Part shown: one piece after another, positions 1 through 8,535 of the stretch
Numbering within the stretch: position 1 is the stretch's first letter
How the letters are laid out: every line of letters begins with the position of its first letter
Origin: an uncultured virus (IMG/VR IMGVR_UViG_3300013233_000702)
Taxonomy: Duplodnaviria; Heunggongvirae; Uroviricota; Caudoviricetes
IMG/VR virus record: IMGVR_UViG_3300013233_000702
DNA: 64,000 nucleotides
Reading direction: 5' to 3' (one strand)
Notes under the pieces: generated by a model
Told to the model about the DNA's origin: nothing
The model's input: the letters and a program-made list of their open reading frames with translations, nothing else
The model's database searches: none
Position numbers and translations under genes: made by a program

Positions 1-167
1 GGCGCGGGGCGCGGCCCCGAGGGGGGGGGCGCGGCGGCCCGGCCGCCCGGCCACGAAGGCCCCGGCGCGGGGCGGCCCCGAGGGGGGAGCAGGACGCAGG
101 ACGCAGGACGCAGGACGCCGCAGCATGCGGCTGCGGTGAGACGCCCGAACGGGCAGAAGGAGACAGC

Positions 168-506
168 ATGGAGCAAATGACGATGGCGATGGCGAAGGCG
201 GTTGAGGCGGCACAGAAGGCCGCCCTCAAGCGAATCGCGAAGGTGAGGGACAACGTCCTCGACAAGTACGAGCATGCGGACATCGACACGCTGGAGTTCG
301 ATGAAGCAGCGAACAAGTACAAGGTCCAGATCATCTGCGCGTGCGGGGCTCGCCGGTGGACCTACACGTCGGATCTCTTCCAGATCAAGCAGTGCGACAA
401 GTGCCGGGCCGAGGCCCGGAAGGCCAGGAAGCGGATCAAGGGGGAAGAGCTCAAGCGGCTCCTCGCCCTCCTGAAGGAGCAGGAGGCCGCGAAGGCCGAG
501 GACTAA
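168..506 (+). CDS. Zn-ribbon protein, paralogue 1 of 3
   Basis: AGGAG RBS; ICACG...CDKC motif; highly similar to 2796-3155 and 5479-5886. Confidence 0.85.
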   Translation: MEQMTMAMAKAVEAAQKAALKRIAKVRDNVLDKYEHADIDTLEFDEAANKYKVQIICACGARRWTYTSDLFQIKQCDKCRAEARKARKRIKGEELKRLLALLKEQEAAKAED

Positions 507-509
507 TCA

Positions 510-585
510 CCCAGCTGATGAGGCCCGGTGGCCCCGGGCCGAAACGGGCCTCCCCCGCTTTCCACGGGGGAAGGCCCGTCCTGGG
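510..585 (+). ncRNA. Type I hammerhead ribozyme, copy 1
   Basis: Stem I CCCAG/CTGGG; core CTGATGA 515-521; stem II GGCCCGG/CCGGGCC; GAAA 541-544; stem III CGGGCCT/AGGCCCG; GTC triplet ending at 580. Confidence 0.93.
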
Positions 586-668
586 AAGCTTTCCAAGGGG
601 GAAAGTTGACCGTGTAGGCTTTCCATGGGGGAAAGCCGCAACCGCCCGAATGGGCGGAAGGAGGTTGC

Positions 669-1049
669 ATGGAGCTTATCACCAGCTTTTACCGGGCCGA
701 ATCCTTGATGAAGGATGTCGCTCGTGTGGTCATGGAGACGGATCCTCGGACTTCGGGCCTCGTGGAGGGCGAGGATTGGCAGTTCGTTCTGGTCTCTCCA
801 GAGTGCGGAGAATCCTTGATGAAGGTTGACCTTCGAGTCCGTGGTTTGGCCAATTCTGAGCGCGCTCGGGTCGCTGACATCATCTTTTTTACGGCTCATG
901 CCTTTGATATGCTGACGCCTGGTGCGTCGTTCATCGATGAGGCTGAGGGAGTCAGCCTTTCTGGGGAGCCCTTGAAGGCTCTACGGAGGATTCAGCTCGG
1001 AGCGATGGAGAGGCTCCGGGCGACCTTGACGTCGGAGCCTATCAGCTAG
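669..1049 (+). CDS. hypothetical protein
   Basis: Leader hairpin plus AAGGAGG RBS; 126 aa ORF. Confidence 0.8.
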   Translation: MELITSFYRAESLMKDVARVVMETDPRTSGLVEGEDWQFVLVSPECGESLMKVDLRVRGLANSERARVADIIFFTAHAFDMLTPGASFIDEAEGVSLSGEPLKALRRIQLGAMERLRATLTSEPIS

Positions 1050-1133
1050 GCTTTCCAGGGTGGAAGGTTGGATCCTTGGCTTGGCCGCCCCGCTTTCCAC
1101 GGGGGAAAGCGGGGCGGGCCTTGGGGCGGGGGG

Positions 1134-1181
1134 CTTGCGCGGGGCCGAGCCGCCCGCCACGGGGGCGGCGGCGCGGGGCGC
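1134..1181 (+). promoter_or_regulatory. GC-rich bipartite promoter-like motif
   Basis: CTTGCGCGG-N13-GCCACGGG upstream of the gene at 1246; about 16 copies in the window. Confidence 0.6.
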
Positions 1182-1245
1182 GCCGGCAGCGGGGCCGCAA
1201 GGGGCGGCCCGCAAGAGAGAGCCCGAACGGGCAGAAGGAGGTTGT

Positions 1246-1659
1246 ATGGAGTTTGACTTTGTGGAAGTGATCCGGTGGGAGCCGGAGGCCGACCCCCTGA
1301 TGGAGGACCTGGTAAGGGTGCTTATGTACCATGCGCCCTTCAATCCAAGGATCCTTCCCGTCGAGGGGAAGACCTGGGAGATCAGGTCGGATGGCCACGA
1401 GAAGGCCCTCATGCTCAGGACGCCCGAGGAAGAGGCCTCCGAATGGAGGCAGAGGATCCTCTGGAATCGGGAGGCCTTCGATCTCCTGACGCCTGAGGCG
1501 GCGGTTCTTGGGGCCCACAGCCCAAATAAGGGCTTTCCATGGAGGAAAGCGGGGGATCGGACTACCACGCCGGCTCTTGCCTCCCTCCGAAGGCTCCAGG
1601 CTCATGCGAGGGACGTCGTGACCAAGACGCTCGAAGCCCCAGCTGATGAGGCCCGGTAG
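1246..1659 (+). CDS. hypothetical protein
   Basis: ATG at 1246 after hairpin and AGGAGG; stop codon lies in loop II of hammerhead 2. Confidence 0.75.
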   Translation: MEFDFVEVIRWEPEADPLMEDLVRVLMYHAPFNPRILPVEGKTWEIRSDGHEKALMLRTPEEEASEWRQRILWNREAFDLLTPEAAVLGAHSPNKGFPWRKAGDRTTTPALASLRRLQAHARDVVTKTLEAPADEAR

Positions 1660-1714
1660 CTCCGGGCCGAAACGGCCCCCTCCCTCTTGCACCGCGGGAG
1701 GGGGCCGTCCTGGG
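1638..1714 (+). ncRNA. Type I hammerhead ribozyme, copy 2
   Basis: CCCAG-CTGATGA-GGCCCGG/CCGGGCC-GAAA, 12-bp stem III, GTC ending at 1709, CTGGG. Confidence 0.93.
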
Positions 1715-1795
1715 AAGCTTTCCAAGGGGGAAAGCCCCTGACATGCGGTTTCCATGGGGGAAACCGCAACGCCCGAACGGGCAGAAGGAGGAAGC

Positions 1796-2170
1796 ATGGT
1801 TGAAATGGAGGAGTTTGACCTCGTGACACAGGGCGAGGAGCTTTGTTCACTTCCAGTGAAGCAGGAGGACCGGTGGTATGTCCACCAGATCGCATTGACC
1901 AAGATGGTCATGCGATCAAAAGGAATCGCGTGGGCGGCGGTGATCCGAACTAGCTCGGAGTACCCCGGACATCGCCTGCACTTCTACGTGAAAGAGGGTG
2001 CCAAGGAGCTCGAGCGCCAGATCGAGGCGGTGACCCGCTTCCTCCTCCAATTGGAAGAGGAGAAGGGGAGAGATGCGGACTTCGTCCGCGAGATGCTCAA
2101 GGAGCGGCTGAGGGAGGAGCCGTTCCTTGAGCCGGAGATCCACCCCACCACCGCAGGGAATACCCTCTAA
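1796..2170 (+). CDS. hypothetical protein
   Basis: ATG after hairpin and AGGAGG. Confidence 0.8.
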   Translation: MVEMEEFDLVTQGEELCSLPVKQEDRWYVHQIALTKMVMRSKGIAWAAVIRTSSEYPGHRLHFYVKEGAKELERQIEAVTRFLLQLEEEKGRDADFVREMLKERLREEPFLEPEIHPTTAGNTL

Positions 2171-2229
2171 GGCGGCTTGGCCGCCCCGCTTTCCACGGGG
2201 GAAAGCGGGGCGGGCCTTGGGGCGGGGGG

Positions 2230-2277
2230 CTTGCGCGGGGCCGAGCCGCCCGCCACGGGGGCGGCGGCGCGGGCGCG
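2230..2277 (+). promoter_or_regulatory. GC-rich bipartite promoter-like motif
   Basis: Near-identical to 1134-1181, inside a ~100 bp duplicated intergenic block. Confidence 0.6.
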
Positions 2278-2352
2278 GCCGCTGGGGCCCGCCTGCAAAA
2301 GCGGTTTCCATGGGGGAAAGCCGCTTCGCCCGAACGGGCAGAAGGAGGTTGT

Positions 2353-2628
2353 ATGGAATTGGTAAGAGCGCAGTACGTCGGACTCGACGGGGAAGACCTT
2401 TGGATCAAGGTGGCCGTCGATCTCAAGATCGGGAGCCGGATTCGGCATGGCTTCCTTCTCTTTGAGAACGACGGAAGGGACCTAGAGATCGAGGGGGAGC
2501 TGGAGCCCTTTTCAACCTTGATCATGGGCCCGGGTCTCGAGGCGATCTACAAGGATCCGGAGCAGGAGAACCTTCTTGTGGCCGAGCTGGAGAAGGGTCG
2601 AGAGGCTCTTGAACGGTCTCGAGCCTAG
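2353..2628 (+). CDS. hypothetical protein
   Basis: Hairpin plus AGGAGG RBS; 91 aa. Confidence 0.8.
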   Translation: MELVRAQYVGLDGEDLWIKVAVDLKIGSRIRHGFLLFENDGRDLEIEGELEPFSTLIMGPGLEAIYKDPEQENLLVAELEKGREALERSRA

Positions 2629-2715
2629 TCCCAGCTGATGAGGCCGGGTTGCTCCCGCGCCGAAACGGCCCCCTCCCTTCACGGTCTTGCACCGCGGGAG
2701 GGGGCCGTCCTGGGA
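2629..2715 (+). ncRNA. Type I hammerhead ribozyme, copy 3
   Basis: TCCCAG-CTGATGA, variant stem II (GGC-CGGG/CCCG-C-GCC), GAAA, stem III, GTC ending at 2709, CTGGGA. Confidence 0.9.
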
Positions 2716-2795
2716 AGCTTTCCAAGGGGGAAAGCCCCTGACATGCGGTTTCCATGGGGGAAACCGCAACGCCCGAACGGGCAGAAGGAGGCAGT

Positions 2796-3155
2796 ATGGA
2801 AATGACAGCAGCGATGGCGAAGGCGGTCGAGGCGGCACAGAAGGCTGCCCTCAAACGGTTGAAGAAGGTGAGAGACAACGTCCTCGACAAGTACGAGCAT
2901 GCGGACGTGGATACTCTCGAGTTCGATGAGAGTGCCAACAAGTACCGGGTGCAGATCATCTGCACCCAGTGCGGGGCCCGGAGGTGGACCTTCACGTCGG
3001 ATCTGTTCCAGATCAAGCTCTGCGATGGCTGCCGGGCCGAGGCCCGGAAGGCGCGTAAGAAGATCAAGGGGGAGGAGCTCAAGCGGCTCCTGCTCCTCCT
3101 GAAGGAGGAGGAGACGAAGGCCGAGCCAGTTTCCGATGAGGAAACCGGGGCCTAG
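2796..3155 (+). CDS. Zn-ribbon protein, paralogue 2 of 3
   Basis: CTQC...CDGC; highly similar to 168-506. Confidence 0.85.
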   Translation: MEMTAAMAKAVEAAQKAALKRLKKVRDNVLDKYEHADVDTLEFDESANKYRVQIICTQCGARRWTFTSDLFQIKLCDGCRAEARKARKKIKGEELKRLLLLLKEEETKAEPVSDEETGA

Positions 3156-3241
3156 TCCCAGCTGATGAGGCCCGGTGGCCCCGGGCCGAAACGGCTCCCT
3201 CCCTTCACGGTTTTGCACCGCGGGAGGGGGCCGTCCTGGGA
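3156..3241 (+). ncRNA. Type I hammerhead ribozyme, copy 4
   Basis: TCCCAG-CTGATGA-GGCCCGG/CCGGGCC-GAAA, stem III with one G-U pair, GTC ending at 3235, CTGGGA. Confidence 0.92.
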
Positions 3242-3386
3242 AGCTTTCCAACGGGGAAAGCAGTTCTGGCGTGAACTCAGGATAGATCCGTTGATCGTCA
3301 AGACGTTCTTTGGGTCTCGGCCGTTTGAGAAGGAGCGGCAGAGAGTCTGTGCCTTTCTCTTCTTCGTACACCGAAAGGAGGTTAGG

Positions 3387-3578
3387 ATGATCAAGGTCGG
3401 TCGTGGTTGTAGGTTGTATCGCACAAGGTGTGACCGTCGGAAAGCAGTCGCCATGTTATTGAAGGATGGCTTCAATTATTTTACGGGTTTCAGGGATTCT
3501 CATCCGAGCCATCCGGCTGGCCTGTCATATGCCAGGGCGGATTGGCCCGGTCTCTTTCCGTACATCAAGGATGTCTGA
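3387..3578 (+). CDS. small hypothetical protein
   Basis: AAGGAGG RBS before ATG 3387; 63 aa. Confidence 0.55.
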   Translation: MIKVGRGCRLYRTRCDRRKAVAMLLKDGFNYFTGFRDSHPSHPAGLSYARADWPGLFPYIKDV

Positions 3579-3580
3579 TG

Positions 3581-3632
3581 TTTCTGGCCCCGCTTTCCCC
3601 AGGGGAGCGGGGCCAGAAAAATTTTTCTTTTT
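3581..3632 (+). terminator. intrinsic terminator-like hairpin
   Basis: 14-bp stem TTTCTGGCCCCGCT/AGCGGGGCCAGAAA followed by T-rich tract, at the end of the + strand block. Confidence 0.7.
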
Positions 3633-3647
3633 GATTTACTCTTTAGT

Positions 3648-3820
3648 TTGGCCCTTCTGTATCCGGTCAGATGTGCTTTGGTCGTTGGATCATCCATATC
3701 CGGTCAGATGTGCTTTGGTCGTTGCCCTTCTGTATCCGGTCAGATGTGCTTTGGTCGTTGGCCCTTCTGTATCCGGTCAGATGTGCTTTGGTCGTTGGCC
3801 CTTCTGTATCCGGTCAGATG
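3648..3820. repeat. 37-bp tandem repeat, about 4.7 copies
   Basis: ATCCGGTCAGATG at 3661, 3698, 3734, 3771 and 3808; no unique spacers. Confidence 0.95.
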
Positions 3821-3853
3821 GCCTTCACTGAACCGCTTTCCATCGAGGAAAAT

Positions 3854-3907
3854 GGGCGGCACCCCGTGCGGTGCTCGGCACTTGGCCTTCACCTGGGGGC
3901 GCCGCCC
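3854..3907 (-). terminator. long-loop GC hairpin 3' of a minus-strand gene
   Basis: 12-bp stem with a G-U pair only on the minus strand, followed by ATTTT; sister copy at 5421-5470. Confidence 0.5.
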
Positions 3908-3924
3908 GCCCTCAATTCGTTTCC

Positions 3925-4263
3925 TCAAGCCCTTGGGATCATCAGGGTGAGCTGGTGAAGTGCCCACTCCCTGATCCGTTCAAGCGCATCGTATTCGGTC
4001 AGATGCTTGACGTCGCACCAGGCCTCGTCGATCACCGACCCCGCAGGGTGCAGCAGTTGAAGAGCCTTTTGATGCTCCCGGATCGTCCTCCACAGGTTCC
4101 TGGCTTCCTCCTCGGTGACGTCGGCGTGGACCTCGATCGCTGTGCCGCGCTTGTCCTTGATCGTCTTGACCTCGAAGGGCACCTCTTGCTTGGAGAGAAC
4201 CACCTTGGAGATGTCAAGCAAAAGATCGTATCCCCCATCCTGCATCCATGAGATCACTTCCAT
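3925..4263 (-). CDS. hypothetical protein
   Basis: Hairpin plus AAGGAGG RBS; promoter-like motif at 4323-4370. Confidence 0.75.
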   Translation of the reverse strand: MEVISWMQDGGYDLLLDISKVVLSKQEVPFEVKTIKDKRGTAIEVHADVTEEEARNLWRTIREHQKALQLLHPAGSVIDEAWCDVKHLTEYDALERIREWALHQLTLMIPRA

Positions 4264-4413
4264 GCCTACCTCCTTGCCCGAGCGGGCTCAATCCCAGCGG
4301 GCTCGATCCCAGCGGGGCGGCCGCGCCCCGCGCCGCCGCCCCCGTGGCGGGCCGCTTGGCCCCGCGCAAGACCCCGCAGGCTAGCTTAACGGATGGGTCT
4401 AGATGCGGATCGC

Positions 4414-4920
4414 TTAGCCCCCGAAATGCTTGATCAAGGCCGCCGTGATTGCCTGCTCTGCAGCGGCCTCGGATCGGACGAACCAGTATATGGTCTCGGC
4501 TCGGACGTTCTCATTGCCCTCGGTCAGCAATGTCCTGGCGACCATGGGCAGGTGGGTTTTAGGCACTGCACTTAAGGCAGCGCGGTTGTTCTTGCAGGCC
4601 TCGAGGCAGATATCCATTTCTCTCTTCTTGTCCGGCACGAATTTCAGGTTGTAGCCGTTCGACCTGATTGCCGCAAGGAAGGCGTCCCTGCCGGCCAGGC
4701 TGTGCCGGAGGAGCTGTGGGGTCCATGGGGCCATTAGCACGATCAGGTTCCTGGTCAGTGGCTCCGGTGTGAGTCCACCGCATCTGTAGTCAAGTTCGCC
4801 GCTGATGAGCTTCCTGCAGAGAGTCCCTGTCCTCTGGACCGATAGTCTGTTTGGTAGGCCCGGTCGCAGGGCGGCGATTATCGACTCGATCTCTGGCCGG
4901 GTCAGGCCTGTGGGATCCAT
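4414..4920 (-). CDS. divergent DUF4116-like family member
   Basis: MDPTGLTRPEI N-terminus; AAIRSNGYNLKFVP...DICLEACKNN repeat. Confidence 0.7.
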   Translation of the reverse strand: MDPTGLTRPEIESIIAALRPGLPNRLSVQRTGTLCRKLISGELDYRCGGLTPEPLTRNLIVLMAPWTPQLLRHSLAGRDAFLAAIRSNGYNLKFVPDKKREMDICLEACKNNRAALSAVPKTHLPMVARTLLTEGNENVRAETIYWFVRSEAAAEQAITAALIKHFGG

Positions 4921-5109
4921 GTGACTCCCCTTTCCTTGTATGGCTTCCCGCCCGCCTTTCCCTCATGGAAAGATGTGACAGGAGGCTTGCCTCTGGCCCC
5001 TTTCTCTGACAAGCCTCCTGCCTGATCCTTGATCTTCCTCCTTTGGGCCACGTTTCAGGAGGAAGCCGTAAACGGGGGTGCTCTTGGCATCGTCGCTCCT
5101 TCCTTTAGC

Positions 5110-5391
5110 TCAGGCGTTTGGCACGACGTCCTGGAATGCGACGTGATTGTTCGGCAAAAGGGTTCTGCCGACGCTTTTCCAGAGGCGGTCGCTGGCGTCG
5201 ACCAGGAACGTGGTCGGTCCTCCAGGTCCGAGCCAGAGGACGCGCCTTTTCCCCTTACGGGCGAGGGTGACCCTGCCGAGTCCCCTGTTTGTCTGGACGA
5301 TGAGCGTTGAACCGTGTACGCCCCACTTGATGCCGTTCTGGAGCTCATCGAGGATCTTTCTTGAAAGCTCCTTGCTCGCTTTGAGCATCAT
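5110..5391 (-). CDS. hypothetical protein
   Basis: AGGAG RBS; 93 aa ORF. Confidence 0.65.
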   Translation of the reverse strand: MMLKASKELSRKILDELQNGIKWGVHGSTLIVQTNRGLGRVTLARKGKRRVLWLGPGGPTTFLVDASDRLWKSVGRTLLPNNHVAFQDVVPNA

Positions 5392-5478
5392 CTTTCTCCT
5401 TGTGCAGAGGCTTCTGAAATGGGCGGCACCCCTTGCTGTGTTCCCTGGTGTGTCTCTCGGGGTGCCGCCCGCCCTCGG

Positions 5479-5886
5479 TCAGTCCTGGGTCTCCTCCGGC
5501 TCGGTCTCCTCCGGCTCGGTCTCCTCCGGCTCGGTCTCCTCCGGCTCGGTCTTGGCCGAGGCCTTCGCCTCCTGCTCCTTCAGGAGGAGCAGGAGCCGCT
5601 TGAGCTCCTCCCCCTTGATCTTCTTACGCGCCTTCCGGGCCGAGGCCCGGCAGCCATCGCAGAGCTTGATCTGGAAGAGATCGGAGGTGAAGGTCCAACG
5701 GCGAGCCCCGCATTCCTCGCAGATGATCTGCACCCGATACTTCTGTGCGGTCTCGTCGAAGGTGAGCGTGTCCACGTCCGCGTGAGGGTACTTCGCCGAG
5801 ATGTTCTCGCGGACCTTCTTGATCCGCTTGAGAGCGGCCTTCTGTGCCGCCTCGACCGCTTTCTCCTGCAGAGCTGTGATCTCCAT
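5479..5886 (-). CDS. Zn-ribbon protein, paralogue 3 of 3, with EPEET repeat tail
   Basis: CEEC...CDGC; 15-bp tandem repeat at ~5487-5550. Confidence 0.85.
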   Translation of the reverse strand: MEITALQEKAVEAAQKAALKRIKKVRENISAKYPHADVDTLTFDETAQKYRVQIICEECGARRWTFTSDLFQIKLCDGCRASARKARKKIKGEELKRLLLLLKEQEAKASAKTEPEETEPEETEPEETEPEETQD

Positions 5887-6232
5887 TGCTTCCTCCTCGC
5901 CCGTTCGGGCATCTGGGTGATGTCTTGTTGGGCGCGCGTGCCCCTGCGCGCCCCTGCGGGGCGGCCGCCCCGCGCCGCCGCCCCCGTGGCCGGCGGCTTG
6001 GACCCGCGCAAGACGGGTCCAAGCGGCCCACGAAGGCTAATGTGTGCTTCTGCGCCTACGGACCCGTTCCTTGACCGCCTCCCATTCCTCAGCGGTCCGG
6101 TTCTTGGCAAGCAGCCTGCGGAGAACCGGGTTGTCCCCGAGCCTCTGCACGATCCGGTGTGCCTTTTCACGGCGAAATGGTGTCCTTACGCCACTCATAA
6201 TCATCTCCTTTCCTTGCCCGGCCTCCAAGCGT

Positions 6233-6436
6233 TCACGAGGGCTTGACGTACGCATTGATGTTCAGGGTGACCCCGCCGAACTTGGTCGCGCCGCCGGTGG
6301 AGGCGACCCTGACCGTCTTGCCGGAGGCGGATAGACCACCCCGGTGGGTCCGGTCGACACGGAGCACGATGAAGTCCCCGTCCTCCTCGGCCTGCACGTT
6401 CTCACCGATCATCACCTTCTCGCTTGTCGCTGCCAT
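6233..6436 (-). CDS. small phage protein (SASGKT..ASTGG motif)
   Basis: Hairpin plus GAGGAGG RBS; motif recalled from small phage proteins. Confidence 0.7.
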   Translation of the reverse strand: MAATSEKVMIGENVQAEEDGDFIVLRVDRTHRGGLSASGKTVRVASTGGATKFGGVTLNINAYVKPS

Positions 6437-6560
6437 TTCTACCTCCTCGCCCGTTCGGGCATCGATCCCCCTGCGGGGCGGCCGCGCCCCGCGCCGCCGC
6501 CCCCGTGGCCGGCGGCTCGCCCCCGCGCAAGACGGGCGAGCCGCCTCATGAAGGCCTGTT

Positions 6561-7094
6561 TCAGCTCTGTGCCTGGTCTTCGGTCGTGGCCAGATTAGCT
6601 GCCTCATTGAGGGCCTCCCGGTCCTCGAGGCCGAGCTTGTTCGCCAATTCAGCCCAGCCCTGAAGGACTGAAGCCCTTTCCCTCGCGTGGACCGATTCGA
6701 CCTTGACGAGCCAGGTTCCGTCCTTCCACGGGCTCAACCTGAGGTAAAGCCCTTTAGGAGTGGTCAGCCCAGCTGCGATGGACCAAACCGGTGCTTGATC
6801 GCCCTCCCGTTCAGGACCAACGCCCACATAAGGAACAGCTCCCCCTTCCAGGAAGTCCCGTTCGGCAATTCTGGCAAGGATCGCTTCCACCGCGATCGAG
6901 TGTCCAGCCACATTGCCCGGAAGCCTTCCGTCCAGAATGTTCGAGATCTCCCGCAAAAGGCCTCCCGCCTTGACCCAGTCCTTCACGGAGTTCGAATCCG
7001 CCCCGCAGGCCTCCTTTGTCTTCTCCAGCAAGGCCGAAGCCGTGTCCAGGTCCACGCCAAGAATTCCAAGCTGGTCTCCACTTTCCTCAAACAT
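6561..7094 (-). CDS. hypothetical protein
   Basis: Hairpin plus GAGGAGG RBS; promoter-like motif at 7141-7188. Confidence 0.75.
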   Translation of the reverse strand: MFEESGDQLGILGVDLDTASALLEKTKEACGADSNSVKDWVKAGGLLREISNILDGRLPGNVAGHSIAVEAILARIAERDFLEGGAVPYVGVGPEREGDQAPVWSIAAGLTTPKGLYLRLSPWKDGTWLVKVESVHARERASVLQGWAELANKLGLEDREALNEAANLATTEDQAQS

Positions 7095-7267
7095 CCCTGC
7101 CTCCTCGCCCGTTCGGGCATTGATCCCCAGCGGGGCGGCCGCGCCCCGCGCCGCCGCCCCCGTGGCCGGCGGCTCGCCCCCGCGCAAGACCCCGCAGGCT
7201 GGCTTGATGGCTTGCAAGCGGAACGAGCACGGCAGGGCTTGGTCAAGGATAGTTCCGGCCCGGCGGA

Positions 7268-7879
7268 TCACCCCTGCACGGCAGGGCTTGGCCCCTTGAC
7301 GAACTTGGCAGCAGCCCCATCCCGTCTCACGGCCTCCATGCAGATCTTAGGAGTCTGCTTCCTAACGAACTGCAGGACATAACCAGCCTGTCTCACCGCC
7401 GCCAGGCAGATCTCGGGGGTCTGAACCCTGACGAACTGAAGGGCATATCCGTTCTCCCTTACTGCCTCCAGACAGATCTCGGGCATCTGAACCCTGACGA
7501 ACTGCAAGGCCAGGCCATGTTCCCTGACCGCCGCGAGACACAGCTCCGGAGTCTGATCCCTGACATGCTCAATTGCATGGCCGATGTTCCTCACCGCCTC
7601 CATGCAGATCTCGGGCGTCTGCTCCCTGACGCGCTCAAGCGCGTACCCGTTCTTCCTGACCGCAGCAAGGCAGAGCTCGGGCGTCTGGTTCCTGACGAAC
7701 TGAAGGCAATACTGCGGATTTATCCTGCCCTCTGCCAGGTATTGGACGACACCGGCAACGGATGCCCTTGCGGGATTCATTGCCTCGTCCCTCGGCGGAA
7801 CCAGGCACTCCACGCCCGCGCGCCTAGTTGCCTGAACGAGGTCAAGGACCTCATCCTTCGACAGGTTCGTCAAGTCCAT
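7268..7879 (-). CDS. DUF4116-like 22-aa repeat protein
   Basis: MDLTNLSKDEV; about 6 QTPEICLxAVRxNGxAL repeats. Confidence 0.85.
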   Translation of the reverse strand: MDLTNLSKDEVLDLVQATRRAGVECLVPPRDEAMNPARASVAGVVQYLAEGRINPQYCLQFVRNQTPELCLAAVRKNGYALERVREQTPEICMEAVRNIGHAIEHVRDQTPELCLAAVREHGLALQFVRVQMPEICLEAVRENGYALQFVRVQTPEICLAAVRQAGYVLQFVRKQTPKICMEAVRRDGAAAKFVKGPSPAVQG

Positions 7880-7949
7880 CCCGTACCTCCTTCCCGCCTG
7901 CGGGCTTTCCACGTTGGAAAGCCCGCTACAGAGTCCTTTACTCCTTGAT

Positions 7950-8381
7950 TCACGCCGCCCTGAACGCCCTCGCCGCCCTGAACGCCCTCGCCGCCCTCAC
8001 ACCCTCCTCCAAGCAGGCCTTCGGGTCCCCGACGAACCCATAGCAGGAATCCACGATCTCATAATCCTTGACCACCTCGAACCCATAGCACCTACCACCG
8101 AGCCACTGCGAATAGGCATCCACCTCAGCGTCGACCGCCGCACGCACCAGCTCCCGCTCCTTCCGGGAGACCTTCTCGACGCCAAACGCCGTAAGGATGC
8201 GCTCCACCGGAACAAAGGCGAAACCAATCTGGCCGGAATCCCACGGACACGGGAACGGCGTCGTCGCCAACGACAGACCAGAATGATCATACATGAAGAC
8301 CGGCACAACCTCCGCCCCAGGATATTCAAGCATGATCTCCTTCCGAAGCCCATCCCAGTCCTTTTCTTCCATCTGGCGCAC
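7950..8381 (-). CDS. conserved phage protein (YDHSG/WDSGQ motif), possibly 5'-truncated
   Basis: MYDHSGLSL...WDSGQIGF; preceded out of frame by an MDLSRLN leader fragment starting at 8449. Confidence 0.7.
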   Translation of the reverse strand: MRQMEEKDWDGLRKEIMLEYPGAEVVPVFMYDHSGLSLATTPFPCPWDSGQIGFAFVPVERILTAFGVEKVSRKERELVRAAVDAEVDAYSQWLGGRCYGFEVVKDYEIVDSCYGFVGDPKACLEEGVRAARAFRAARAFRAA

Positions 8382-8535
8382 TTATCGGTCTCCTTTGCCG
8401 CCTTGACCAGCGTCCTGATCTCCTTCTCGTTCAGCCTTGAAAGGTCCATTGATCTTCTCCTCTTCTCGACGGCGCCCCAAGACCACGTCGGTCCTAGCCC
8501 TGTGCCTCCACCCAGCAAGGCGTCCTCGTTCCCTC

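Noticed and set aside
1..120. GC-rich direct repeats and (GCAGGAC)x4 at the window start
   Set aside because: Truncated by the window edge; probably the tail of another promoter-like module, so it cannot be interpreted
500..3260. Integron attC cassette array
   Set aside because: No attC-type RYYYAAC/GTTRRRY ends recognised and no integrase; spacers are explained by ribozyme and promoter modules
3648..3820. CRISPR array (37-bp unit)
   Set aside because: Units abut with no unique spacers, and no cas genes are seen
3890..3950. Minus-strand hammerhead (CTGATGA...GAAAC)
   Set aside because: Stem II is poor, with no stem III complement or NUH site; lies in a coding end
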